IMG/VR virus record: IMGVR_UViG_3300010354_000062
Location: 14,328-78,327 of that record
DNA from: a virus
Length of the DNA: 64,000 nucleotides
Strand: one strand, 5' to 3'
The notes below the pieces were generated by a model. That model was not told the DNA's origin. It was given only the letters and a program-made list of their open reading frames with translations, and made no database searches. Below are positions 1 to 9,452 of this stretch, piece after piece. Every line of letters begins with the position of its first letter. Positions within the stretch are counted from its first letter, which is position 1. Position numbers and translations under genes: made by a program.

Positions 1-3000
1 GCCTGCGAACAGGTAAACAAAGGCCCTCGTAATCCAAACGCTCAGTACTTGCTGGAACTAAATCGTGCATTTATTCAGAAAGAAATTACAGCATGGATTA
101 GATATCAAATCACAAATAATATTGCACCGTTTACATCTTCATTTGATTATGATGAATATAAATGCGAACGAGATGTTGGATTTATTGTTGATAGATTAAT
201 TTGGGATATTGGCCATGGCGGCAATTTAAAAATGCGTGCCGCAGCATTTAGTCTGTTAGGTGCGTTTGGTGAAGCTGGCGAATTTAGTGCTGCCGAAGAG
301 GTAGAAACTTATGTGACCCTTGCTGCTGAAGCAGATGAAGGTGTAGCTGCCTACGAGTATATGAAAGAAGTTGTAGCAGCAGTCCTAGGTAATACAGCAC
401 CAGGTACAGTTTATCAAAATGTTGGACAAGATTCAACAGCAGTGGTAGCACAGTATATTAACACTGATTTGACAGCAGAATCAGGTATCACTACTACTAC
501 AGATGAACTATTGGATATTGTAATTACAGCATTGACTGATCTTGATACTGATAATTTGCCAGCAAGAATTACACCTAATAGTACAATTTTTGTAAAGACA
601 GGCGAATATCGTGAAACACTTCCTATTATTGTGCCTGCTGAAACTGCGCTAGTAGGAGATGAAGTACGTTCAACTAATGCTGGACCAGCAGGTAGTTTAA
701 TCAGTAGAGATGATGCCTATTATAGTATCACGGCTCTCGATAGAATGGAAACTGTTGTTGGACAGGTTATTCTTGGCACAAACGTAACTGAGTCAACAGG
801 TAACACAGAAACACAAGACATAGCATTCCCATATGCAAGTAGCGTTGAAGAAACTTCAATCAAACAACTTGTGAGAATGATTGGACACCAAATTGATTTT
901 AGAATCGGTACTAACCATAAAGCAACATTTACTCTACCTACTGGATATAACACATCTTTCCTATCAGGATACGGTGATGCAAGAACTTTATTAATTGAAA
1001 ACAAAGAATTTATCAAAACTGAAGTTGGTGCATATATTGACGAAAACTATCCAGATGTTTATTACAGTAGAACAAAATGTAAGAGAGATGTTGGATTTAT
1101 TGTTGATGCAGTATGCTATGATTTGTTATATGGCGGAAAACGAGAAACATTAGTTGCTGCTCTAGCTTATTTTGACGGCGACAATAGTGCAACATTGATG
1201 ATTGACAACACAGAGGTTGCCGCTACCGCTGCTGCATTCAGCAGAATGAAAACAGTGATGCAACAGATTGTTGCCAATACTACTGTGACAAAGTCTACAG
1301 GAAATACAGCCACTCAATGGACAGATTCAACTAATTTGCCTGGCGGCTCAGCTGCTGTAGTAGACATTGGTACGTTACTAGACATAGTAATTAACACAGT
1401 TCAAGGTGATTCAACTGAGGGTAATACACCGCAGATCAATATTACACAAATTGCCACCAACAACACATTTACTTCGGCCAATCATGGACTAGCAGTAGGT
1501 GATGCTGTAGTGCCTAGAATTACAGCTAACGGATTAGTGAACGGTACAAAATACTGGGTAGTTGGTACTGTAAACACAAACACATTCCAATTAGCAGCAA
1601 CATATGGCGGTACTACTCTAGCTTCGTTTACTAACGGATCAGGGCTAGACATTGATGCTGAAATAATTGATTATCCTACTGCAACCAACGGAGTAACATC
1701 TACAACTGCACTTATTGCAGCCGCAGTAACCTTAGATGCCGCGCAGGAAACCATTGTTACAAATACAACAGCGTTCATTGCTGCAAATTATCCAGCATTA
1801 ACTTACAATTCTGCTAAGTGTGAAAGAGATGTGCGTTTGATTCTTGAAGCAGTAATGTTTGACTTTATGTTTAACAGTAATGCTCAAACACGTACAGCAG
1901 CATATTCATATCTGCGTTCAAGTGCCAGCGATGTATTTTCACTAAGTCAAAAAACAGCTACTCGTGCAGCGTTTAGCTATGCAAAGACACAGGCTAAGAG
2001 CAACGTAGGTGGTGATGCTACAGCACAGGCTAGAATTGAAACTCTAATGACCACACTCGATGACATCGTATTTGGTGCTACCAACGATGGATCAGTATGT
2101 CAAACAAATATTAGATCAGCAGACTGGGCTAGACTGCAACTTGAGCGTAATAGAGCTTATATTGTAGCAGAACTAACTGCTTATATTTCAAGTGCATTTA
2201 GTACAACTGTAACTGCAACCACAGCAGCTACCGATGTACTAACTTGTACAAGCACTAGTTGGATGAAACGAAATGCCGCTGTAAGATTCACAGGAACTTT
2301 GTTTGGCGGTATTTTGCCAGACACAACTTATTACATCCAAAATGTTGTCAGTGCAACTACATTTAAGGTAGCATTAACTAGAAATAGTAATACCGCATTG
2401 GATTTAGGATCAAATGCATCTGGATCAATGACCGTAAGTCTCTACTACACAAGTAGTGAGTGCGAACGCGATACAAACAAATATATTGATGCTCTAAAAT
2501 TTGATCTACAATACACTGGAAACTATGAATCACGTCTAGCAGCAAGGTACTATGCCAACGGTGTGGTAGGTAGTTTAGAAGAAGATATGTTCTATCTACG
2601 CAACGGCACCGGTGTTCGTAATATGACACTAGAAGGTTTGACTGGTGATCTGTTAGCGGAAAATGCCTACGGTACACGCAGAGTAAGCGCAGGAGCTTAC
2701 TGTTCTTTAGATCCAGGATGGGGTCCAGACGATTTTCGTGCTTGGATTATTCGCAGATCTCCATACGTACAGAACGTGGCAACTTTTGGTTATGCAGCTA
2801 TTGGACAAAAAATTGACGGAGCTCTGCATAACGGTGGCAACGATTCTATCGTATCAAACGACTTTACACAGATTATTTCGGACGGAATTGGTGCTTGGGT
2901 AACCAATAATGCTCGCGCAGAATTAGTATCTGTGTTCTCGTATTATGCACATATTGGATACCTAGCAGAAAATGGCGGACGTATTCGTGGCACCAACGGC

Positions 3001-6000
3001 AATAATTCATATGGTGATTTTGGTTCTGTTGCAGAAGGTTTCGACGCTACTGAAACACCAATTACCTGTTTAGTAGACAACAGAGCTTTTGCTGCCACGG
3101 TTGGATCAACACTAACAGATAATGTTGATGTTATATGGCAGTTTGAATACGATAACGCAGGTAATGATTATACTGAACTTGTATGGTCCGTATCCGGCGG
3201 CGGCGCCGGTGCTGAAGTTGAACAAGACGACTTTAGAGATGGTGCTGTATTCCAAGTTCGTTTATTAGACACAGTCGACGACAGCGTTACAGCACCGGAA
3301 GTTGACGGAAACCTAGGCGGATTTGGCTATGTATCAAACGCCAGTACAGCACAGGCAGGTACAACCACACAAATTACATTAGCTGCTGTGGACGATGAAA
3401 TTTCAGCAGCTTATGTAGGAATGAAAGTTATTCTTACTGGCGGCACCGGAGCTGGACAATTTGGTATTATTGCCACATACAACGCAGGCACAAAAATTGC
3501 CACAGTGACAAAAGAAAGCACAGGCGGTGCTGGTTGGGACCACGTAGTACCAGGCACAGCTATTGTAGCACCCGATGCTGCCACAACATATATTGTTGAA
3601 CCAAGAGTTACATTTACAGCACCAACATATAGTTCTGCAAATAGTACACTAGCATCGGCTCAAGTTTATACAGATGCATCTTTTGCACCAATATTTGGAG
3701 TTTATAACAGCGGATCAACAACAACTAGCGGTTCTGGTACTGGTGCTACATTTAAAATAGCTAAAAAAGGCACAAAATATATCAGTGTTGATACTGTAAC
3801 TGCTGGTACAGGGTATGAAAGATTAGACACTATAACTATTTTAGGTAGTAATTTAGGCGGCGCAAGCCCTGCAAACAATATAACAGTTACAATAACCTCA
3901 GTAAACTCTACAACCGGTGCTATAAATGCTTTTGAATTTACTGGTTTAGGTTTTGGAGGTAACTGGGTAGCAGTTGCTAGTGGTTCAAGAGATGTCAACA
4001 CCAATGATGGTTCTACTTGGAGCACCTATGCTACAGCTTTACCAAGTACTTCTAACTGGACAAGTTTAGCAGCAGGAGAATTGACCGTTGTTGAGTCTGC
4101 TGGTTCGTTTGTTGCAGGTAGAGCATACCGTATTACTTCTTTAGGTAACACATTATTCACCAGTATCGGTGCAGAAGCAAACTTAGTTGGTAAGTATTTC
4201 GTAGCATCTGGAGTAGGTTCGGGCAGCGGCACAGCAACTCCGGTGGCAAACCATATAGTTTGTGTGTCTTCAAGTACAAACGTAAACTCATATTCTGCTA
4301 ACGGTGGCACAACTTGGGTTTCAGGAGGAGCATTACCAGGTGGTATAAGCGGTACAGCAGTTGGTGTAGCCTACGGACGCACTAGTACAGGCACAAGCCG
4401 TTGGATCGCCATAGGTTCAACAGGAGCTACTGCATATTCAGATAATGGTGGTGTATCTTGGAACGCTGGCGGAAGTTTAGGAGCCGGTACATGGTCAGCA
4501 GTAGCCTACGGACAGGGTGTTTGGATTGCTATTGTCACAGGAGGTACCACTACCAAGTATTCTACAGATGGTATTACATGGACCACTGGTGGTGCATTAC
4601 CTGCAAGTTCAGCATGGGTAAGTATAGCCTATGGTGCTAACAAATTTGTTGTCATAAGCTCAGCAGGTTCTGTAAATCCAGCATACTCTGTTGATCAAGG
4701 TGTAACTTGGGATAATGCAGGCGCATCAGGATATATTGGTTCAGGAACATCTACTTCTGTACACTATGGACAAGGTGTGTTTGTTGTGACACAATCAAGT
4801 AGTAACAACATGAGCACTTCAACAGACGGTCTTGTATGGACAACTAGAGCCATAACAAGAGCTAGTGGCACAGGTGCTCTAGCAGCTATTAACGGTAGTC
4901 CTGCGCAGTCTGGTATGTGGATGATTATTCCAAGTGCAAGCACTACCGCAGCAAGTAGTGCGGTTATTGGAGCTACAGCCAAAGGAAGAGCATATGTATC
5001 TGATAACAAGATATTTGCAATCAGAATTACTGATCCAGGATCAACTTATTCTGTAGCACCAACTATTACTATTACAGATCCAAGCAATTTGTATGAAGCT
5101 CCTACTTCAGTAAGAATTGGCAACGGTGTATGCGCCCAACCAAGCTTCATTGACAGGGGCGCTGGTTATGATTCAGCAGGAGCAACACAGGATACTGGAA
5201 ATGGTTATGCCGACGAGTTCCAAAATGGCAAGTTTGTTGGCGTTAAACGTCTAACAGGTACACTAAGCGCAGGAGCAAACGTTGTGTTTGCCACACAACC
5301 TGACACAGTTTACAAACTTGTACAGGTAGTGTCTGAAACCGGCACATTTGATGGTGCTAGAAGTGCATTCTTGCAATTAAGCCCAAATATGAGCGTATTT
5401 AACAGTCCTGCAGACGGTACTAGCATAACCACAAGAATTCGTTACAGTCAGGTACGTCTAACAGGTCACGACTTCTTAGATATTGGAACAGGTAATTTTG
5501 TAGAAACTAATTATCCAGGAACACCAACACAAGTTCCAATCCCTGCAAATGAAACTGTAGACAACAACGGTGGACGTTGTTTCTATACTTCAACTGATCA
5601 GGACGGAAACTTTAGAGTTGGTGCTTTGTTTGCTATTGAACAAAGTACAGGTATTGCAACATTGAATGCTGATGCATTTAATATTGCTGGTTTGGCCGAA
5701 CTTTCACTAGGTAACATTACACTTGGTGGAAATTCAGCAACAATTACTGAATTCTCAACTGATCCGTTCTTAACTGCAAATTCGGATAATGTGGTACCAA
5801 CACAGAAAGCGATTAAGGCTTACATTGCTGCACAGATCGGTGGCGGTGGTGCTAGCTTGAACGTTAACAGTATTGTGGCAGGTTTTGTGGACATATCAGG
5901 TTCGCAGATTTCTACAACTACTGGTGGTACTATTCAGATGAAAGCGAACTTTAATTTCCAAGCAGGAGTCAAGGGATATCCGTTGGCCTGGAATTACTTT

Positions 6001-6009
6001 TTACTATAA
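1..6009 (+). CDS. Giant virion/tail-appendage protein, 5'-truncated. Pectin-lyase-like beta-helix interrupted by four phycobiliprotein-like helical repeats, plus FCCH-like beta domains, an Asp-box propeller and a conserved C-terminal region
   Basis: Frame is open from base 1 (no stop before the ORF-track start at 49). Beta-helix motifs TIFVKTGEYRETLPIIVP..LVGDE.RST and SPYVQN...DFTQ..SDGIG. Repeated (K/E)C.RD units. S.(D/N)GG.(T/S)W Asp-box repeats at about 3960-4930. C-terminal GHDFLDIGTG..STDQDGNFRVG..EFSTD..VPTQKAIK resembles virion proteins of aquatic T4-like phages. Confidence 0.8.
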   Translation, partial: ACEQVNKGPRNPNAQYLLELNRAFIQKEITAWIRYQITNNIAPFTSSFDYDEYKCERDVGFIVDRLIWDIGHGGNLKMRAAAFSLLGAFGEAGEFSAAEEVETYVTLAAEADEGVAAYEYMKEVVAAVLGNTAPGTVYQNVGQDSTAVVAQYINTDLTAESGITTTTDELLDIVITALTDLDTDNLPARITPNSTIFVKTGEYRETLPIIVPAETALVGDEVRSTNAGPAGSLISRDDAYYSITALDRMETVVGQVILGTNVTESTGNTETQDIAFPYASSVEETSIKQLVRMIGHQIDFRIGTNHKATFTLPTGYNTSFLSGYGDARTLLIENKEFIKTEVGAYIDENYPDVYYSRTKCKRDVGFIVDAVCYDLLYGGKRETLVAALAYFDGDNSATLMIDNTEVAATAAAFSRMKTVMQQIVANTTVTKSTGNTATQWTDSTNLPGGSAAVVDIGTLLDIVINTVQGDSTEGNTPQINITQIATNNTFTSANHGLAVGDAVVPRITANGLVNGTKYWVVGTVNTNTFQLAATYGGTTLASFTNGSGLDIDAEIIDYPTATNGVTSTTALIAAAVTLDAAQETIVTNTTAFIAANYPALTYNSAKCERDVRLILEAVMFDFMFNSNAQTRTAAYSYLRSSASDVFSLSQKTATRAAFSYAKTQAKSNVGGDATAQARIETLMTTLDDIVFGATNDGSVCQTNIRSADWARLQLERNRAYIVAELTAYISSAFSTTVTATTAATDVLTCTSTSWMKRNAAVRFTGTLFGGILPDTTYYIQNVVSATTFKVALTRNSNTALDLGSNASGSMTVSLYYTSSECERDTNKYIDALKFDLQYTGNYESRLAARYYANGVVGSLEEDMFYLRNGTGVRNMTLEGLTGDLLAENAYGTRRVSAGAYCSLDPGWGPDDFRAWIIRRSPYVQNVATFGYAAIGQKIDGALHNGGNDSIVSNDFTQIISDGIGAWVTNNARAELVSVFSYYAHIGYLAENGGRIRGTNGNNSYGDFGSVAEGFDATETPITCLVDNRAFAATVGSTLTDNVDVIWQFEYDNAGNDYTELVWSVSGGGAGAEVEQDDFRDGAVFQVRLLDTVDDSVTAPEVDGNLGGFGYVSNASTAQAGTTTQITLAAVDDEISAAYVGMKVILTGGTGAGQFGIIATYNAGTKIATVTKESTGGAGWDHVVPGTAIVAPDAATTYIVEPRVTFTAPTYSSANSTLASAQVYTDASFAPIFGVYNSGSTTTSGSGTGATFKIAKKGTKYISVDTVTAGTGYERLDTITILGSNLGGASPANNITVTITSVNSTTGAINAFEFTGLGFGGNWVAVASGSRDVNTNDGSTWSTYATALPSTSNWTSLAAGELTVVESAGSFVAGRAYRITSLGNTLFTSIGAEANLVGKYFVASGVGSGSGTATPVANHIVCVSSSTNVNSYSANGGTTWVSGGALPGGISGTAVGVAYGRTSTGTSRWIAIGSTGATAYSDNGGVSWNAGGSLGAGTWSAVAYGQGVWIAIVTGGTTTKYSTDGITWTTGGALPASSAWVSIAYGANKFVVISSAGSVNPAYSVDQGVTWDNAGASGYIGSGTSTSVHYGQGVFVVTQSSSNNMSTSTDGLVWTTRAITRASGTGALAAINGSPAQSGMWMIIPSASTTAASSAVIGATAKGRAYVSDNKIFAIRITDPGSTYSVAPTITITDPSNLYEAPTSVRIGNGVCAQPSFIDRGAGYDSAGATQDTGNGYADEFQNGKFVGVKRLTGTLSAGANVVFATQPDTVYKLVQVVSETGTFDGARSAFLQLSPNMSVFNSPADGTSITTRIRYSQVRLTGHDFLDIGTGNFVETNYPGTPTQVPIPANETVDNNGGRCFYTSTDQDGNFRVGALFAIEQSTGIATLNADAFNIAGLAELSLGNITLGGNSATITEFSTDPFLTANSDNVVPTQKAIKAYIAAQIGGGGASLNVNSIVAGFVDISGSQISTTTGGTIQMKANFNFQAGVKGYPLAWNYFLL

Positions 6010-6011
6010 CA

Positions 6012-6017
6012 TAAATA
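6012..6017 (+). promoter_or_regulatory. T4-type late promoter core (TAAATA) followed by a GGAG RBS
   Basis: cataaata in the intergenic gap, GGAG at 6022-6025, ATG at 6035. Confidence 0.6.
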
Positions 6018-6034
6018 CATTGGAGACATAAATT

Positions 6035-6355
6035 ATGGCAACAGGAAGATTAGGCGTAGCGGATCTATCAGCAGCAACGGATACAACATTGTATACATGC
6101 CCTGCTAGTACATTCGCTGTAGTTACAGTGAGCATGTGCAACAGAGGCTCTACCTCAGCAACATTTAGACTAGCATTAGCTTCGTCTGGTACACCTGCTA
6201 ATACAGAATATTTAGAGTTTGACGTGACAGTTAATCCTAAAAGTGTGTTAGAACGAACAGGTATTGTAATGGACGCAGGCAAATTGATAGTTGTAAGATC
6301 AAGTGCAGCAAGTGTTTCGGCAGTTTGTTACGGTATTGAAACATCTACGGCTTGA
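6035..6355 (+). CDS. Small beta-rich virion protein (fibre-associated)
   Basis: 106 aa, T.LYTCP...V.MCNR pattern, good RBS, lies between fibre genes. Confidence 0.6.
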   Translation: MATGRLGVADLSAATDTTLYTCPASTFAVVTVSMCNRGSTSATFRLALASSGTPANTEYLEFDVTVNPKSVLERTGIVMDAGKLIVVRSSAASVSAVCYGIETSTA

Positions 6356-6367
6356 TAGGAGCAAATA

Positions 6368-7327
6368 ATGGCTAGAAAAATTACAACAAGTCCAATGATG
6401 GATCAGCCTATTATGGGCAGTTTCAACATTGTGTCTAACACGTTGTCAACTTTAAGTACTAATGAATCTATGGTGCTTGATCCTAATGGATCCGGCATTG
6501 TAGAAAGCGATTCTCATATTGCAATTAGGAATCAACAGTCTTTAAGACTTCTTGAAGCCAGCGGTAACGGTACAAACTATATTGCCATCCAGGCTGCTGC
6601 TAATATGACAGCCAATTACACAATAACTTGGCCTTCAGCAGTATCAGGGACAAACGGTTTCTTCCTGTCATCTGACACTTCGGGTAATTTAAGTTGGAGT
6701 TCAGCAGCAGGAGGTATTGCAGTATCAGATCCTGGTGCTAGTGCAACAGTACACTATCCATTCTTTGGAACTAATGCTGGCTCTGTACCAACAACTTTTG
6801 GACCTAATGCAAGATCAAATTTATCTTTTGTACCTTCAACAGGTACATTGACAGCTACAATTTTTCAGGGTGCGCTGGACGGAAGTGCTTCCGGTGGCGG
6901 TACATTGACAATCCGCGGAACTTCTAGTGGTTCTAAAGCCACAGCGTCAGTGCTAATGACTGACGGTGTAGCATCTTCAACAACTGCAACAGGTACTTTA
7001 GTTGTTACAGGCGGTGTTGGTATAAGTGGACAAATTACTGCTGCTACAATGGTAGAAACTTCTAGTATTGCATTTAAAGAAAACGTAAATCCAATTACTG
7101 ATGCACTCGACAAAATTATGATGTTAATGGGTGTGCAATATGATCGTAAAGACATGGACGCACATGAGGCAGGTTTGATTGCAGAAGATGTCTATAGAAT
7201 TATTCCAGATGTTGTAAGTTTAGATCAGGACGGAAAACCATACGGAATTAAGTACACTAAACTAACTGCCTATTTAGTTGAAGCTATTAAGACATTAAAG
7301 GTTGAAATTGACACACTTAAAGGTTGA
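6368..7327 (+). CDS. Tail fibre protein with a C-terminal intramolecular chaperone (peptidase S74)
   Basis: S/T/G-rich shaft with STTATGTLVVTGGVGI. C-terminal SSIAFKEN..I.DALDKI..L.GV.Y..AGLIAEDV..IIP.VV..I.Y.KL..YLVEAIK.L is the S74 pattern. Confidence 0.8.
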   Translation: MARKITTSPMMDQPIMGSFNIVSNTLSTLSTNESMVLDPNGSGIVESDSHIAIRNQQSLRLLEASGNGTNYIAIQAAANMTANYTITWPSAVSGTNGFFLSSDTSGNLSWSSAAGGIAVSDPGASATVHYPFFGTNAGSVPTTFGPNARSNLSFVPSTGTLTATIFQGALDGSASGGGTLTIRGTSSGSKATASVLMTDGVASSTTATGTLVVTGGVGISGQITAATMVETSSIAFKENVNPITDALDKIMMLMGVQYDRKDMDAHEAGLIAEDVYRIIPDVVSLDQDGKPYGIKYTKLTAYLVEAIKTLKVEIDTLKG

Positions 7328-7333
7328 TATTTA

Positions 7334-8359
7334 ATGGCAACACTAAAAAATCTTACAATCAATGACACTGGATTTTTAAGATTACCTTCGGGAACAACTG
7401 CTGAAAGACCAGGAAGCCCGTTAGCTGGAATGATAAGGTATAATACTACCTTAGCAGCTAACGAAGTTTATAATGGTACCGAGTGGCAAACTGTACAAGA
7501 ACAAACAGTTGGTTCTACTAGCACAGGTGGAGCTATTACCACAACCGGCGGATTTAGAATTCATACCTTTACCAGCGGAACAAATACATTTACTCCTACA
7601 AAAACAGGTGTAGTTGATGTACTAGTAGTTGCTGGTGGCGGTGGTGGTCACAGTATTAGCGGAGGCGGCGGCGCCGGCGGTTATATTTTTGTTTCTGGCG
7701 TGCCAGTTGTTGCAGGTACTGCTTATCCAGCCGTAATAGGTACCGGTGGTAATGGATGTTCAAGCCATAGTGCCAATGATGCACAGTCCGGTAACCCATC
7801 TACATTTGGTGGTAGTACTCCGGTGGCTATAGTATCAACTGGTGGTGGTAGAGGAGCTCATTATCCTCCAGGCGGTCAACCATCTGCTGGAGGCGGATCA
7901 GGTGGTGGTGGACCAGGATGGAATGGCGGACCGGAAACTATTCATGCTGGTGGTACTGGCACGGCAGGTCAAGGACATCCAGGGGGTGTTGGAGCACATT
8001 ACAACGGCACACCAACTGGTACACACTACGGTGGTGGTGGCGGTGGCGGAGCCGGAACTATGGGTTACGGACGTTCAAATCGTAATCAACAAGGTCGTGG
8101 TGGAGAAGGAATGGCATCTAATATTGGCGGCAGCGTCACATGGCGAGCAGGTGGAGGTGGTGGTGGATATCATAGTCCCAGCCACGGAGTGTCGACACTT
8201 GCAGGTAGAGGAAGTTTAGGTAACACATTACCAGGACAAAATGGTCAAGCAGGTGGTACAAATCTTGGTGGTGGTGGTGGTGGCGGACCATATAGTCCAG
8301 AACCACAGGGTGGCGGACCAGGCGGACCAGGTGTAGTTATAGTTAGGTATAGAGGTTAA
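7334..8359 (+). CDS. Glycine-rich virion adhesin/fibre protein, paralog 1
   Basis: N-terminal LPSGTTAERP...GMIRYNT..E.YNG..W anchor module, RIHTFTS, VLVVAGGGGG, poly-Gly runs, C-terminal GGPGVVIVRY. Confidence 0.75.
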   Translation: MATLKNLTINDTGFLRLPSGTTAERPGSPLAGMIRYNTTLAANEVYNGTEWQTVQEQTVGSTSTGGAITTTGGFRIHTFTSGTNTFTPTKTGVVDVLVVAGGGGGHSISGGGGAGGYIFVSGVPVVAGTAYPAVIGTGGNGCSSHSANDAQSGNPSTFGGSTPVAIVSTGGGRGAHYPPGGQPSAGGGSGGGGPGWNGGPETIHAGGTGTAGQGHPGGVGAHYNGTPTGTHYGGGGGGGAGTMGYGRSNRNQQGRGGEGMASNIGGSVTWRAGGGGGGYHSPSHGVSTLAGRGSLGNTLPGQNGQAGGTNLGGGGGGGPYSPEPQGGGPGGPGVVIVRYRG

Positions 8360-8361
8360 TA

Positions 8362-9450
8362 ATGGCAACTTTAAAAAATGTTACAGTCAACGACACTGGT
8401 TTTGTACAAGTAGCCTCTGGTACTACCGCACAAAGAACATCAGCTAATGGCGATCTAAGATACAACAGTGAAACTAATGAAGTTGAACAATATGTCAATG
8501 GTGCATGGCGTACAGTTGACGAATCAATTAGTGCAAGTTCGGGCACAACCATTGCCACAGGCGGTACAATTACTACCGCAGGTGGATATCGTATACACAC
8601 ATTTACAACTTCTGGAACATTTAATGCTCCCTATACAGGTAGAGCTGAAGTTTTAGTTGTTGCTGGAGGTGGCGGTGGTGCACCTATTGGAGGTGGTGGT
8701 GGCGCGGGCGGTTATGTATTCACAGCATCAGTTCCAGTTGCAGGCGGAACTAATTATACAGTTACACGTGGTAATGGCGGCAGCGGTGGCTTCCACCATT
8801 ATTCAGATGAAGGACAAGCTGGCGGTCCAAGTTCGTTTGTAGGACCAACAGTATCAATTACAGCTACAGGTGGCGGCAAAGGCGGTTTTTATGGTAGCGG
8901 GTCGCCAATTCCTGCAATGAGCGGAGGATCAGGCGGTGGTGGCCCAGGCGGCAACGGTTCTTCGGGCACAACATACACATCATATCCAGGAGAACATCCT
9001 GGTGGCACCGGTGTAATAGGCCAAGGGCATCCAGGCGGATACGGCCACCATGGTACCGGTCCGGGATATCCAAATCCTGGTTGTCAAGGTTCAGGTGCTA
9101 CACACGCTGGAGGATCAGGTGGCGGCGCGGGATCAAGAGGTATTAGTAGATATTCTAATTGGGTACGTTGTCACGGAGGCCAAGGACTTACAAATGCAGT
9201 AAGCGGTAGTGCAGTAATTTATGCAGCAGGCGGAGCAGGCGGCACACACGTAAATCCTTATTACGGACACAGTCCTGATCCAGGTGGTGCCGGCGATGGC
9301 ACCGGTAATAGCGGAACACACGGCGGCGCGGTGGCTACGGCAGGAGGAGCTAATCGTGGTGGTGGTGGTGGTGGTGGCGCACACCCAGGCGGAGAAAATC
9401 CAGCAGGTGCCGGCGGAACTGGCGTAGTCGTAGTTAGATACAGGGTATAA
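8362..9450 (+). CDS. Glycine-rich virion adhesin/fibre protein, paralog 2
   Basis: Same architecture: MATLKN.T.NDTGF, RIHTFT, VLVVAGGGGG, GQGHPGG, GVVVVRY. Confidence 0.75.
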   Translation: MATLKNVTVNDTGFVQVASGTTAQRTSANGDLRYNSETNEVEQYVNGAWRTVDESISASSGTTIATGGTITTAGGYRIHTFTTSGTFNAPYTGRAEVLVVAGGGGGAPIGGGGGAGGYVFTASVPVAGGTNYTVTRGNGGSGGFHHYSDEGQAGGPSSFVGPTVSITATGGGKGGFYGSGSPIPAMSGGSGGGGPGGNGSSGTTYTSYPGEHPGGTGVIGQGHPGGYGHHGTGPGYPNPGCQGSGATHAGGSGGGAGSRGISRYSNWVRCHGGQGLTNAVSGSAVIYAAGGAGGTHVNPYYGHSPDPGGAGDGTGNSGTHGGAVATAGGANRGGGGGGGAHPGGENPAGAGGTGVVVVRYRV

Positions 9451-9452
9451 AA

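Noticed and set aside
720-5009. Antisense ORFs within the giant virion gene, and similar ones inside groEL, gp18, gp32, uvsX and uvsW
   Set aside because: These are shadow ORFs caused by codon bias. They have no RBS or promoter and no recognisable motifs.
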